This document shows, piece after piece, positions 38,601 through 53,600 of a DNA stretch of 64,000 nucleotides. Both the position numbers and the translations under genes were made by a program. The stretch is from Negaprion brevirostris. Lineage: Eukaryota. A model generated the notes under the pieces. That model saw nothing but the letters and a program-made list of their open reading frames with translations. It was not told where the DNA came from and searched no databases. The stretch spans positions 42,622,077 to 42,686,076 of the forward strand of contig JARDVH010000106.1 in the NCBI GenBank assembly GCA_030324005.1, read 5' to 3'. The first letter of the stretch is position 1; every line of letters starts with the position of its first letter.

Positions 38601-41600
38601 GGGTCTAATAAGACAGTTTGCAGTTGGGATAAGAAGCTCAGGGTTTTCTTGGCATTTCTGAATAATCCTGCATTATCATGGAAGGTGTCAACGGGGTTCG
38701 ATAGTGTTTTGTCAGATCTGGCGGTGGATGGCTAAATCATGGAGGCACAGTGCTTAGTACTGTTGCCTCACAGTGCCAGGAAGCATAGTGGAAGACATGC
38801 TCCAGTCTTCATCAGTGGGGATGAAGTGGAAACGGTTGAGTACTTCCAAGTTTTTAGGTGTCCAGATCACCAACAACCTGTTCTGGTCCCTCCAGGCCGA
38901 TGCCATAGTTAAAAAAAAGCCCACCAATGCTTCTATTTTCTCAGGANNNNNNNNNNNNNNNNNNNNNNNNNNNNNNNNNNNNNNNNNNNNNNNNNNNNNN
39001 NNNNNNNNNNNNNNNNNNNNNNNNNNNNNNNNNNNNNNNNNNNNNNNNNNNNNNNNNNNNNNNNNNNNNNNNNNNNNNNNNNNNNNNNNNNNNNNNNNNN
39101 NNNNNNNNNNNNNNNNNNNNNNNNNNNNNNNNNNNNNNNNNNNNNNNNNNNNNNNNNNNNNNNNNNNNNNNNNNNNNNNNNNNNNNNNNNNNNNNNNNNN
39201 NNNNNNNNNNNNNNNNNNNNNNNNNNNNNNNNNNNNNNNNNNNNNNNNNNNNNNNNNNNNNNNNNNNNNNNNNNNNNNNNNNNNNNNNNNNNNNNNNNNN
39301 NNNNNNNNNNNNNNNNNNNNNNNNNNNNNNNNNNNNNNNNNNNNNNNNNNNNNNNNNNNNNNNNNNNNNNNNNNNNNNNNNNNNNNNNNNNNNNNNNNNN
39401 NNNNNNNNNNNNNNNNNNNNNNNNNNNNNNNNNNNNNNNNNNNNNNNNNNNNNNNNNNNNNNNNNNNNNNNNNNNNNNNNNNNNNNNNNNNNNNNNNNNN
39501 NNNNNNNNNNNNNNNNNNNNNNNNNNNNNNNNNNNNNNNNNNNNNNNNNNNNNNNNNNNNNNNNNNNNNNNNNNNNNNNNNNNNNNNNNNNNNNNNNNNN
39601 NNNNNNNNNNNNNNNNNNNNNNNNNNNNNNNNNNNNNNNNNNNNNNNNNNNNNNNNNNNNNNNNNNNNNNNTTCTAGGATTTAATGGTAAATCAAATCTC
39701 AAATCCACAGTGATCTGAATTAAGCAGCAAAAAGTGTATAATCGTATTACTGGGGGTATTCTATAGACCTTCAAAATAATGAGAGAGAGATTTTGAAAGG
39801 AAATTTGGTGGGAACTTGAAAGGAATAAACTCGCAGGGCTGGAGATAGAGGGAAGAAATAGGACTGACCGATTACTCCAGGAAGAGCCGGCATTGATCCG
39901 ATAAGTCAAATAACCTCCTCTTATGCCATAAGAATACTTGGCTAATTGGCTCTTTTTAGATTAAGAAACCCCTGATCACCAGAATTAGCAGTTTCTGTGC
40001 CACACCATTACTACATGTAGATAAAGAGAGACATTCTGTGCAGTTTACACAGTTCGCTTTTACATCAAAACATTAGTTTCCTGTTTTCATGATTGGACAC
40101 ACTGACATAACCACAACATTAAAAGAGATACAGTTGATATTCAACTTGGACAGTCATTGAGGTCAATCGTAAAGAAATTCAGACAGAGTGCAAAATAGTT
40201 TATCAATCACACATTTGTTGAAGCCACCCCACTTTGGACCAGTGCAAAATTTCAAAATGTGCGTTCAGTAGTGCTTTTTCCCAATTCCAAATATAATTGA
40301 TACATACTGCTCCACGCAAACTCAATTACCACACGAGAGGTGAACCTTTTCATCGCTCTTATAATGCAGTGTGTGTCAGGGTACTTGTAATGCAGTAAAG
40401 GTATTTACAGGAGAAATTTGGGTGCAAGTCATTTCCATTGCTAAAGTCCCTTGAAAAAACATCCCCCAAGTTTCCATGTGCTTTTTGGACTTTCACACTG
40501 TGTCCATTCTGGCTTGCCTGCATGAGTCAGCATAAAAACCCATGTAAAATTTACAAATTTCCAGAGCTTGCATCAGTAACGCATTTTGAGTAGCACAGGT
40601 TGAGACTTTGGAAATCAACTGACCAGAAGTGAGAAGCTGCTGAGTTGAAACATAGGAACTTAGGAACAGGGGTAGGCCAGGAGTAGGCCCTTCAGCTCCT
40701 TGAACCTGCTCTGCTATCTGAGCAGCATGGTGGCACAGTGGTCAGTGCTTCACAGCGCCAGCCTTGGGTGACTGTGTGGAGTTTGCACTTTCTCCCTGTG
40801 TCTGCATGGGTTTCGTCCAGTGCTCCGGTTTCCTCTCACAATCCAAAGATGTGCAGGTGAGGTGAATTGGCTATGCTAAACTGTCCCTTAGTGTCCAAAG
40901 GTATGTATGTTAGATGCATAGCCATGGTAAATGCATGGGCCTATGGGGGCAGGGCAGACGGGAGGGTCCAAGCAAGATGCTTTTTTGAGAGTCCTGCACC
41001 ATGGAGTTCACATCCTGCACCACAGAGTTCATGCCCTGCACCATGGAGTTCATGCTATGCCCCATGAAGTTCACGTCCTAATCCATGGAGTTCATGTCCT
41101 ACACCATTGAGTTCATGTCCTGCACCCTGGAGTTCACACCCTCCACTAACCTCACAAAAATATATACCTTAGTGAAGTATGTACCTTGGTCATAGAGAGG
41201 CCTCAAACTTGTGAGCACCTCACTTTGTCTGATCCACAGCATCATCTCCTGGCTCTCTTACCAACCACACTTGCCAGACACCCTGCACTAATGTCTCCAC
41301 TGTTGTCACCACCCTCACAGTGTTCACCTGGCTGCCTCAGTGTGTCAACACGATCTCCTTAGACAGAAAGCACTGGCACTCATCCAGTCAGTCATCATGT
41401 CCCAGGAGTGAAGCTGACATTCTTCCCTGATTTTCCCAAATTTGCCTTTGGAAAGCCAGCAGCTGAGGCATGTCAATTCCAGAGGCATTTCATCTCACTG
41501 GAACTCAATCCTGGCTTTCAGAAAATCTCTGAGTGCCCGATTCCTTGGACATCCCTGCTTTTGTCTGCTGTGGATCAGAGAGAGTGAGGTGCTCACAAGT

Positions 41601-44600
41601 TTGTAACTTTGAGGCCTCTCTATGACTAAGGTATATATTTCACTAAGGTGTATATTTTTGTGAGGTTGTGGAGGCTGTGTTGTCCTCTCCCATCCCCACA
41701 TTGAAAAATTTGTGTGTGGTGGTCTCTAGTCCCTGGCTGGTGGATGCACTGGGCTGCTGGCTGCTCCCTTGATGTACCTGCAAGAGACAGGAGATGTTGG
41801 CAGGGACACAAGAACAGAGAAGATTCACACTAGGTGGGTGTGATGGATGATGGTTTGTGGGTCCGCCATTTTTTTTGGACCCTCCTCATCCTTGGCGCAG
41901 GATTGGTCCTCTTCATTCACAACCAGCTGGAGGGTGCTTTTCTAAAAGGGCAAAGGGATTTTTTTTAGCTTGGGCACCCCTCCACCCATCTCAAATCTCT
42001 TCCACCTATTGTGAGCCAGCTGCGGCAAAGGCAGATAGTAAGGATGTCTGCCACGTGTGGTTGGTAAGAGAGCCAGGGGATGATGAGAAGATACAGGAGA
42101 GATGAAGAAGTGTGTGGGAGAGTGAGTGGTGATGTCCATGAGGTGCCGGTGAGAGAGCTCCCTCTGTACGCGTGATGGGTGGGTGAGCGGAGAGAGGTGG
42201 AGAGAGGTGGGAGTGAGAGTAATGACTTACCCTGGCTGGACGGAGAGCATCATTCACTCCCTTCTGGCACTGGATGCCCATCACCCTCTGAAGGGAGTTG
42301 GCACTTCCCACTGCACCACCGCCTCTCCTGCAGGAGGGTCTTGCTGGAGGATTTCTTCCCTGCCTGTGGGTATAAAATGTTGTGCCTCTCCTCAACAGCA
42401 TTCAGCATTCTGGCCAGGGCACTCTCTGAGAATATTGGGCAGACTTTTTGCAGCCATTCTCTTTGCTGCACTTGGAACAAGTGGTGGGGAGCACTGGGTT
42501 GGTATTTAAATGACATCTCCCACTGATTGAAGCACTGNNNNNNNNNNNNNNNNNNNNNNNNNNNNNNNNNNNNNNNNNNNNNNNNNNNNNNNNNNNNNNN
42601 NNNNNNNNNNNNNNNNNNNNNNNNNNNNNNNNNNNNNNNNNNNNNNNNNNNNNNNNNNNNNNNNNNNNNNNNNNNNNNNNNNNNNNNNNNNNNNNNNNNN
42701 NNNNNNNNNNNNNNNNNNNNNNNNNNNNNNNNNNNNNNNNNNNNNNNNNNNNNNNNNNNNNNNNNNNNNNNNNNNNNNNNNNNNNNNNNNNNNNNNNNNN
42801 NNNNNNNNNNNNNNNNNNNNNNNNNNNNNNNNNNNNNNNNNNNNNNNNNNNNNNNNNNNNNNNNNNNNNNNNNNNNNNNNNNNNNNNNNNNNNNNNNNNN
42901 NNNNNNNNNNNNNNNNNNNNNNNNNNNNNNNNNNNNNNNNNNNNNNNNNNNNNNNNNNNNNNNNNNNNNNNNNNNNNNNNNNNNNNNNNNNNNNNNNNNN
43001 NNNNNNNNNNNNNNNNNNNNNNNNNNNNNNNNNNNNNNNNNNNNNNNNNNNNNNNNNNNNNNNNNNNNNNNNNNNNNNNNNNNNNNNNNNNNNNNNNNNN
43101 NNNNNNNNNNNNNNNNNNNNNNNNNNNNNNNNNNNNNNNNNNNNNNNNNNNNNNNNNNNNNNNNNNNNNNNNNNNNNNNNNNNNNNNNNNNNNNNNNNNN
43201 NNNNNNNNNNNNNNNNNNNNNNNNNNNNNNNNNNNNNNNNNNGATTGTATCAACACGTGGTAACATCGTGACCTCTCACAAGGTAATCTGATAAAGCTTT
43301 CCTCAGTCTTGCATAATTCTTTCAGTGCAGGTAACATTACTACAAATGCTGTGAGTGCCCTTTTAAAAACCAAAAGAAAAGCAAAAAAAGTACTAGAAGT
43401 ATGTTCATATTTGTACAACATGGGCTTTATTAAAAGGGCTTATGCCCTTTCTGAATTATTGAACAATGTTCAGTTAAACATTTAGTGATGTATAGTGTTT
43501 TTAATGTAATGTAATGATTGCAAATCACATCCTATATGTTACAAGTATTCAAATCAAAAGTCTAAAAAGGTTAACCAAGTTTCTGGGTAATCTGTATCCA
43601 TACCCTAATTAAAATGGTATAAAATAGCACTTTTGCAAACTGCAACAAAATGATTAATGATATGACACTACGTTGAATATATATATATATATATAGATAA
43701 CATATTACGTACATTTTCTGTAATTGCTGCATTTACTTCCTGTAACACTTAAGCTGTCACTGATGAAACATAAGGTTTCAGTTATGTAGCACTCCTGAAA
43801 CTAGGGCAAAGGTTTGTTGTTTGAGATACCATTCTAAACCCTTAGGCATAATTTTGACTGACATTTCAGTGTAGCAAGACTGAGGAAAGCTTTATCAGAT
43901 TACCTTGTGAGAGGTCACGATGTTACCATGTGTTGATACAATGNNNNNNNNNNNNNNNNNNNNNNNNNNNNNNNNNNNNNNNNNNNNNNNNNNNNNNNNN
44001 NNNNNNNNNNNNNNNNNNNNNNNNNNNNNNNNNNNNNNNNNNNTTTGATTGCAGTATGTAAAGGAACCAGCCCTAATCTAAGCAGGTGATCAGTTTGGAC
44101 TTCTGCACTGTTGTACTTTAGATAGTTAAGGCATTAGCATCATCTAACCACCTCTATTCTTACTGCATTGTAATACGCCTCTTCTGTCTTTTGCCCTAAA
44201 GGGGTGCAGCATTGTCAGAGATGCCATCTTCAGGTGAGACAATGAACTGAGGCTGCTTCTGCCATCTCAACTGAATAGCAATTCCTATACCACTATTTGA
44301 AATAGAAGACTTGGAGTTCTTTTCCAGTATTTCCCTGATGTCCTGATCATTATTTATTCCCCAATTAAAATCACTAAAACAGATAATCTGCTCATCAGCT
44401 GCTCGAATTAGCTACCATGTTTCCTGTAATAGAATAGTTACAACATTTGAAAACCACTTCATTGACTGTAAACTATTTCAGAATACCATACGATCATGAA
44501 AGATCCAATATAATGAAAGTTTTTCTCAAATCCAATTGTTAAACCAATATATTTTCCAGATCACAACAAACAGTGACAGGGAGATCTCCTAATGCCTCCA

Positions 44601-47600
44601 CATCACTGTATGTGGTGAATTGTGAAGAGGACCAGCTATACTAGGAAAACCACAGATAATTTTTTTCATTCAGGGATGTGGGCTTCACTGGCTACTCCAG
44701 CATTCATTGCCCATCACTAATTACTTGAGAAAGTGGTGGTGAGTTGCCTCCTTGAAGGTACATTCACAGTGCTGTAAGAGAAAGAGTCCCAGGATTTTGA
44801 CCCAGCCATAGTGAAGGGACAGTGTATAGTATGGAAGGTGTAATAACTCCACAGAGACAAAGGTCCCATCACCTAGGTTTCTTTATTTACAAGAGAATTC
44901 TATACAATAGAGCTCTCACACTCAGTTGCTTCCTGCTTCAGCAGGCAGAGAGACTGACACATCTGCTTTAAATAGGATTTTCTGATTGGATCATCAATTA
45001 GGACTCAGCAAGGATATCTTTTGTGTTGAACCAAATAAACAAAATCAAACAGACAAGGACAACTCAAAAAGGGGCAACTCGCCAATAGGTGGGGAACCTT
45101 GTGGAAAGGAAACTTAAAACATCAAATTAAAATGTGATTAAAGGGGTCAACAACACACCCTGGTCCCTGCGGTGCCCAGCAGGCACAGAAGGCATCAGCC
45201 TCTCAGGCACCACATGCTCCTTCTCCAGGGACACCCAGCCACAAGTATAGCTGCGGTAGAGGGGCAGACAGTCAAGTTGGACAACCTCCTCGGTCACCCG
45301 CTGGGTGGACCTGTGGATGGAATGTCTTGCCAGGCCAGGAGCAGGTTAGGACTCATCAAGGAGTTCATACTTGAGCAAGCCAACCTCATTAGCCTGACTG
45401 GGGTCATCACAGAAGGGAATTTCCAGATGGTGGCGTTCCCAAGTACCTGCTGCCTTTGTCCTTCTAGAGAGCTATAGCTGTGTTTGGAAGGTGCTGTCCA
45501 AGGAGCTTTGGTGAGTTCCTGCAATGCATCTTGTAGTTCACACACTGCTGCTGGTATCTATCAGTGGTGGAGTGAATGTTTGTGGAAAAGGTGCCAATCA
45601 AGTGGGCTGCTTTATCCTGGATGGTGTTGAGCTTCTTGAGTAATATTGGAGCTGCACTCATCCAGGCGAGTGGAGGGTATTCCATTACACTCCTGACTTG
45701 AGCCTTGTAGATGGTGGGTAGACTTTGAGAGGGGGAGGGGGATGGTGGGTGGCGGTGGTCAGGAGGTGCATTACCCACTGCAGGATTCATAGTCTCTGAC
45801 CAGCTCTTGTAGCCACTGTGTTTTTATGTCTAGTCTGGTTAAGTTTCTTGTCAATTAATAAAAACTTCTGCATTTTGAAAATAAGTAAAATAAATTTTGT
45901 GAGAGAACCGCATGCATAAAAGATTTTCAATGGCCTTTAATTGTTTAAAACTGCAGTTTACAAGAAATATTCTAATTTTAGCTGTGCATACCACACAATT
46001 TCTTGCAAAGTAGAAATGTTGCCTAATTTCTAACTCCAAACAGAAATCAAGCTACCCCTCTGCAGCAGAATGCAAGATGGTCCATTTTGTTGACCAGTTA
46101 CCAGTGCTGCTCCTCAGTTGGCCCATTGGGAGATTACAATCTAGAACAGAAAGAAATATGGGAGAAGGAACTTAATTCTTTAATCCTTATTATATTTTTT
46201 ATCCTTGTTGATGAATGTGAGTAGGTTTAGCTTTAGCTAAAATTTATAATTTTTCACCAAGCCTTAGCTATGGTAAAAAATTATATGTTTCTTACAGCAA
46301 TGATGTGAACATTTTGACTTTGAGGTATTCAGAGGATGGTAACCAAAACATGGCTAACCTAAATACTTTTTAATTAAAAGTATTGTTAACATGTTTATCC
46401 ATAGTTGTTTAAAGAGAAGCATTTCAGCTCGTTGCCAGGTCTTTGCTTAAACAATTCAATTCTAATCTTACTGCAATGTTTCTGCTTTTTATTCGTTGCC
46501 AGGATGTGGGTAATTCTGCCAATATCAGCTATTGCCCAGCAGACGTGAGGGTTTAACTTATCTGGCCCATGAGGAGCCAGATCCCATCTAGGTCAGACTG
46601 GTCTGAAAGGCATTGTTGAAATAATTAGGTTTTTTTCAATCAAGCTGCAGCTTTTTAACCTCTTCTTCTTTCAGCTGCTCCCATTTTACTTGGGGTCACC
46701 ACAATACTGGCTGATCACCCTTCACCACCTCCTCCTGTCATTCACCCATTCATTTCCAATCCCACTGTGTTAAAGGTTCAAACCATGGCAACTTTCCATC
46801 TGGTCTTAGGTGTTCTGTTTCTCCTTTTTCCTGACAGTGCCAGCTCCACCACATTTCCTCTCTCTCAGCAGCAGCAGACAGTCCCTTTTCAATCTCTTCT
46901 CAGTTACTTTCTTTGGTGCTCCTACAATCTTCACTGTCCAACTGATGTACTGATTCTTGATTTTGATCTTTCTCATCGCGCCACACGTGAGGGGGATCAA
47001 CAGTTTGAACATGTCCTAGATGCGTTCTTTCACCTCCCTCTTTAGCATGCTAATGTCCACATGAACCTCTTAATCGCCTCCCGCAATGTCCGCTCAAAGT
47101 AGCACAACACTGTTCTGGCACTTGTTCAGTGCAAGCAGTCAAGAGTGCAAAGAAGCAGTCAACAGCAAAGAATTCTCTTGGTTGCAATTAGATCAATGAG
47201 ATGACAGCATCAAATTTGCATGCTGCTCACCTCCAAAAGAACTGATTTGGGCAGGTCACACATTCTGACATCTGTGCCCAAAACCTGGGGCAAACTTGTG
47301 ATGGAAAAGTATCGCTGAATCTGAAAAAAGGAATCTGCTGTGAGACTGGTTTTGATATAAGGAGCAGAATCTTGGGCAACATCAGGAGAGAGAGGAGTGA
47401 TGGCTGGACATTAATGAGTTGCAGATATTGAGATGGACATGTGGTCAGTCTGCTCTGAATAAGGTTGCTGCAAGTTAAAACATGGAAAATGGAGGAGCAG
47501 GGGAAAGAGAGGATTCCAGGGGTAGAAATGGGCAAGGGGAGAGATAATATTGTTCCATGTAAGGTCAACACTCCGAGGACTACCCTCAGAAGAGCGTAGA

Positions 47601-50600
47601 AATACATGGTCAAGGAGGTTTATTCCCACAATCTGAATCTTAGCATCTAGCAGCAGTGCCACAAGGAGTCTAATAACCTCACGTGGGTGGTCAAAGTCAG
47701 TGAATCCATCTTCAAATGACTTTTCCTACCACCATGCCACCAACTTCTCAGGCTGCTCAATGCACCATATCCTCAACATTTGTCCAGCAGCACATTGGCA
47801 TTCAGGACTTAACATTCAAAGCTAGATTCGCCCCATTTCTTACAAAATAGTACACTATAGAAAAGAAGTGTCAGGGGACAGGGACAACTTAATCACCTAA
47901 GAAAATGTCTTAGAATCATGGGGTCAGCTACGACAGGGCCTGTGGCATGCATGATCACTAAGAGTANNNNNNNNNNNNNNNNNNNNNNNNNNNNNNNNNN
48001 NNNNNNNNNNNNNNNNNNNNNNNNNNNNNNNNNNNNNNNNNNNNNNNNNNNNNNNNNNNNNNNNNNGCATGATCACTAAGAGTACTGAGGACTCTTGCCT
48101 TGTGGCCCTTCTAAACTCCCAGTTAATTCTCATCTTGCCAACTGGCATACTAAGAAAGTTTTTGATAGTGCAACCATGAATCTCCTGTCCCCATCCTGCC
48201 TCACTTCTCTCAGGCCAACCTTCTCCTTCTGAGCTCTTGCTTTCAGACATCCAGCTCCAAGTTGGCACTAGCCATTTGGCGGAGCCTACCCCCTCTTTGG
48301 TGTTTTCTCCATGTCTCTTTGGTTCTGCAGACTCAGAGGCACTGACACTGTTGCCCTCATATATATGTAGCAGCATTTGTATGGACAGATTGGCTGGTCC
48401 CCTGCCCCCTCTGTGAGGATTCAGCAAAACTGTGCAATAAGTTCAAAACACTCCAGAGTACCTTGCTCAAAGAGAAATTCTTAAAAAGGGCCTTATCAGC
48501 AATTTGAACACATGGATCAGTAAACAATGCTGGAGCAGGTCCCATTTTGTAATTTGTTGTTTGAGGAGTAACAAATTAAAATGTTGCTGGGACTGACATG
48601 GTCCAAATTTTAAACTTTGGCATATTAGAATCACAGAATACTACAGTGCAGAAGAGGCTGTTAGGCCTATCAAATCTATACCAAAGCATGAAAGGCCTTG
48701 GACTGCCCATCTAATCCAAGAGAAAACTACCTAAGTCAAACCAGCCCCTCTTTATAACTTAAGTGTTCCATCCCAGCTAACATCTTGGTGAATCTGTTAT
48801 AGAGGCATCATGTCAGCCATTTGATTCACAGGCTTCTAGGTCACTGTTTTTGCCTGCACAGGCACCTGTCTCTTGATGCAATCCTGTCCACAAAGCTGAA
48901 AGAGAAATTTCTTATCCTTGATTTCCTATCTATGTGGCAGAACAAGCAATGTATATGACCACAATTTTTAGAAAAGATAAAATATCAATCATATCAACAT
49001 AAATGTGTTTTAGAAAATGGTCTCCGACAGATATGGGCAAAAAGAATTCTGCAGCATCTGTATCAAAGGTACGGTAAATACATAAATCTGGCCAGGTTTG
49101 TTATATTCATTGAGTCAACTAAATTTTTTTGTGCTATAATCAGAAATAATTTTCTTTTGGTGACTGGGCAATTTCTCCTTGAAATTTTAATTAGTGGTAG
49201 TCAAATTAATTGGCCTAGATTTTGCAAAGAAATGGAAAGTTTAATGGGTTCCCTGTTATTAATGTGTAAACCATCCAGCAACTTATGGCGAGGAGGAGCT
49301 ACCCCATGAATAGTGAATCACCGAAAGTTATTGTTGACCTCACTGAAAACAACACCTCACCCAACCTCCCTGTTAATTTCATGAAAGCTCTATTTAAAAA
49401 TTAATTTCCAATTGAATTCGCCACATAGCATTAGGGCTGCTAATTAATAGTGTCAGAACCCTTGCGATGATGAGATTTATGTCCCTGCAATGTCCCTCAA
49501 TCTTTTTGGCTCAGAATTTATTTTTATTCCATGGCACATGCTCTTCGCTGGCAAGGTCAGCATTTGTTGCCCATCCATAATTTGTTTTGAGGAGGTGCTG
49601 CTAAGCTGCCTTCTTAAACTCCAGAGTCAATCTATGGGCTGTCAGGATGGAAGTTCCAGATGAAGGAAAGGCAAAAGATTCTAAATTAAGATGGTGCGTG
49701 GCTTGGGTGGCGTTCCCATTNNNNNNNNNNGGGTGGGGGGGAGGAGAGGGGGGAGTTGTTGGTGCTAACATCTCTTGCTCGTATCCATCTAGAGGTAAAG
49801 GTCATGGATTTGGAAGGAGCCTTGGCAGATCCTACATTGCATCTGGTATGTGTAGACGCTGCTGTCACTGTGTGACAATGGTGGTGGGAGTAAATTCAGT
49901 GGATGCAATGCCAGTCGAGCAGACTGTTTTGTCCAGAATGGTGTTGAATTTCAAGTACTGCTGAGCTGCAGTCATTCAGGCAAGTGGAGAGAGTATTCTA
50001 TCACACTCTTGACTTGTGCTTTGTAGATAGTGGACAGATTTTGGATATTGATGGTTACAGATTCAGTGGAATAAATGATGTTAAATGTCAAGAGCAGATG
50101 GTTAGATTTAGATGGTCTTGCCTGGCACAATTCTTTGCAAAATTGTGTGGCATGAATTTTATTTGTCACTTATCAGCTGAAGCCGGAATGTTGTCCACAT
50201 CAATCTGTGTATGGACATAGACTGCTTCAGTATCTGAGGAATTATGAATGGAGTTGAACATTGTGCTTTCATCAATGACCTTATGATGGAAAGAAGATCA
50301 TTGATGAAGCAGCTAAAGATAGTTGGGGTGGGGACATTCACCTGAGGAACTCCTGCAGCAATGTCCTGTGACTGAGATGACTGGCACCTAACAACCACAA
50401 CCATCTTCCATGTGCCTGGAATGGCTCCAACCAGTGGAAAATTTTCTCCAATTCCCACTGACTTCAATCTTTTTGGGGCTCCATGATACCACATTTGGTC
50501 AAATGTGGCCTTGATGTCACAGTTATTCACTTAATTACATTTTCACCGACGGCTATTGCAGGATTTGAACCCAGAGTATTAGTCATAGCATTAACCTCTG

Positions 50601-53600
50601 GATTACTCATCCAATAACATTACTGCTACACTACTTTCCCCCTACTCATTTGAAAGGACTTTTAAATTAAGCCTAAACACAATTTATGATAATGTAATAT
50701 TTACTGCCTTTTGGTCATTGCAATAGAGATCATGGTACAAACTAGTATAGGTGTGAGGTGATTTCTAGCCCAGTGGTATACCATTCTCATAGCAAACAAT
50801 AGTTCATATGTTTTATTTTTGAGAAAATATGGCCTGCACTTGTAAACTGATTTTCAGTCATTTATACCAATCAAAAGTATTAGAGGGAACCTCAATTATA
50901 ATTCATTTCTTCACTTACAGTTTAATGAGAATTGACTAGAAAATGATAATGATCTTTTAAAAATGAACTTTGGTACAGCAAACAAAATATGCCAGCAGGA
51001 CTTAAATAAAAAGCCTGGCAAAATTAATGAAAATTAATGAAGTATACTAAAACAAAACGTTGAATTTAAGAAGTTACAAAAAGTATGGAGTTATGTAAAG
51101 GTGAATGATTGTAATGTGCAGCTCACTTGCCATGAGGTTCACCGCAAATGAAAACAGAGAAACCACACAGAACCTTTCTTACTTCCTTGTCTAATATCAC
51201 TATTCACATTATTGGCAATATTCTCTAATGGAAGGAGGAGGATGTGGTAAACTTTATGATTAGAATCACAGAAAGGTGCATGCAGCTCACCATGTCTGTA
51301 CTAGTGATCCACTCTTCTGTGATCTTAACCCAACTCTATCAATGGAGGAGACTCAGTTCTCAACCTCATTGAACAGGCACAAGGTACTTGCTTCCTGTCT
51401 GGATGAGGAAAAGGACTATAGGGAGGAGGAACTAAGTGACGACTGTACTGTGGTGCAGGAGGTCATTAAAAAGGGAGGAGCAAAAGTAAGAGTGGAGCAA
51501 AAGTAAGGAGACAAATAGCATTTGTAAGCAGGATGAAGAGTCCCACATGGTATGTTGCCTACCTGGTGTCAGGGTAAGGGCGTCTCTAATTGGCTTGAAA
51601 GGATATTGGTGTGGTAAGGGGAAGATCCTATTGTGGTCCATGTTGGGATAAACAACATTGGCATGAATAGGCAGGATGGTCTGTTTGGGGACTATCAGGA
51701 ACTAGGAACCAAATTAAAGAACAGGTCCTCAAGGGTTATAATCTCTGGATTATTATCTGAGCCACATGCGAATTGGCAAAGAGAGATGATTAGGGAGGTA
51801 AACATGCGGCTAAAGGAGTGAGAAAAGGGGGTTCCATTTCATGGGGCACTGGCAACATATTGGAATAGGAGAGAACTCCACCTGAACCGATCTGGGACCA
51901 GGGCCCTAGTGGAAAGGCTACATAGGGAAATCACAAGGACTTGAACTAATTAATGGGGGGACAGGGCTCAGGAAAAGTTGGTAAAGTATCCAGAACTAGT
52001 CTTAGACTACAGAGTATGGAAATTGGCAGAATAAAACTTCAGACACAGCAAATAAAGGGAAACTATGGGAAGCAGAGCAGTCAACACAGCATTGAAGGTG
52101 CTGTACCTAAATGCATGCAGTACACGGAACAAGGTAAATGAGCTGGAAGCACATATTGTAATTGGAAGGTACGATGTTGTGGGCACCACAGAGACATGGC
52201 TGCAAGGAGATCAGAGGTGGGATCTAAATATCCAAGGATATGTGTCTTATCAAAAGGATAGGCAGATGGTAGGAGGAGGTGAGGTTGCCTTATTGACGAG
52301 AAATAAAATTAAATCATTAGCAGGAAGTGACATCAGATCCACGGCGTAGAATCTGAAAGGGTAGAGTTGAGGAATCATAAGGGAAAAAGACCCTGTTGGG
52401 AGTTATGTACAGGCCCCCTAGAAGTAGTCAGGATGTTGGACAGAAAATAAATCAGGAGATAGAAAAGAATGTAAGAAAGGCAGTACTTGGAAATGGATGG
52501 TTTAAGTAGGGCTGAGTAAGCACAACTTTGTCAAAGGGAGGTCATGTCTGACAAATCTGTTAGAATTCTTTAAGGAGGTAATAGGAAATTAAACAAAGGA
52601 GAGCCAGTAGATATGATTTATTTGGATTTCCAGAAAGCCTTTGACGAGGTATCTTACAGGAGGCTGCTAAATAAACTAACAGCCAATGATGTTAGATGCA
52701 AGGACTGGCATGGATAGAAGATTGGCTGACAGGCAGAAGACAGAGAGTGGGGATAAGGGGGTCCTTTTTAGGATGGCAACTGGTGACTAGTGGTGTTCAA
52801 CAGGGGTCAGTGTTAGGACCACAACTTTTCACTGCACATATTAATGATCTGGAAGATGGAACTGAGGGCATGGTTGCTAAATTCATGGATGATATAAAAG
52901 ATATGTAGAAGGACATGTAGTGTTAAGGAAGTGTGGAGGCTGCAGAATGACTTGGACAGGCTAGGAGAGTGGGCGTATAAATGGCAGACAGAATACAATG
53001 TGGGAAAGTGTGAGGTTATGCACTTTGGGAGGAAGAATAGAGGCATAGACTATTTTCTAAATGGGGAAAGGCATCTGAAATCTGAAGCACAGAGGNNNNN
53101 NNNNNNNNNNNNNNNNNNNNNNNNNNNNNNNNNNNNNNNNNNNNNNNNNNNNNNNNNNNNNNNNNNNNNNNNNNNNNNNNNNNNNNNNNNNNNNNCAGAA
53201 TACAATGTGGGAAAGTGTGAGGTTATGCACTTTGGTAGGAAGAATAGAGGCATAGACTATTTTCTAAATGGGGAAAGGCATCTGAAATCTGAAGCACAGA
53301 GGCACTTGGGAGTCCTGGTTCAGGATTCTCTTAAAGTTAACATGCATATTCAGTTGGCAGTTAGCAAGGCAAATTCAATGTTAGCATTCATTTCTAGAGG
53401 GCAGGGACATATGCTGAGGCTGTATAAGGCTCTGATCAGAACCCATTTGGAATAGCGTGCGCAGTTTTGGGCCCCGTAACTAAAGGAGGATGTGCCGGCC
53501 TTGGAGGGGGTCCAGAGGAGGTTCACAAGAATGATCCCAAGAATTAAGGGTATGTCATATGAGGAGCACTTGAGGAGCCTGGGTCTATATTCCATGGAGT

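Noticed and set aside
33034-41139. 38-40-bp and 21-bp repeats as CRISPR-like arrays
   Set aside because: They are head-to-tail degenerate units with no unique spacers, in vertebrate DNA with no cas genes.
16982-43421. Long ORFs of 250-340 aa in the track (16982-17821, 38773-39909, 42250-43421)
   Set aside because: They are almost entirely N-gap translated as X.
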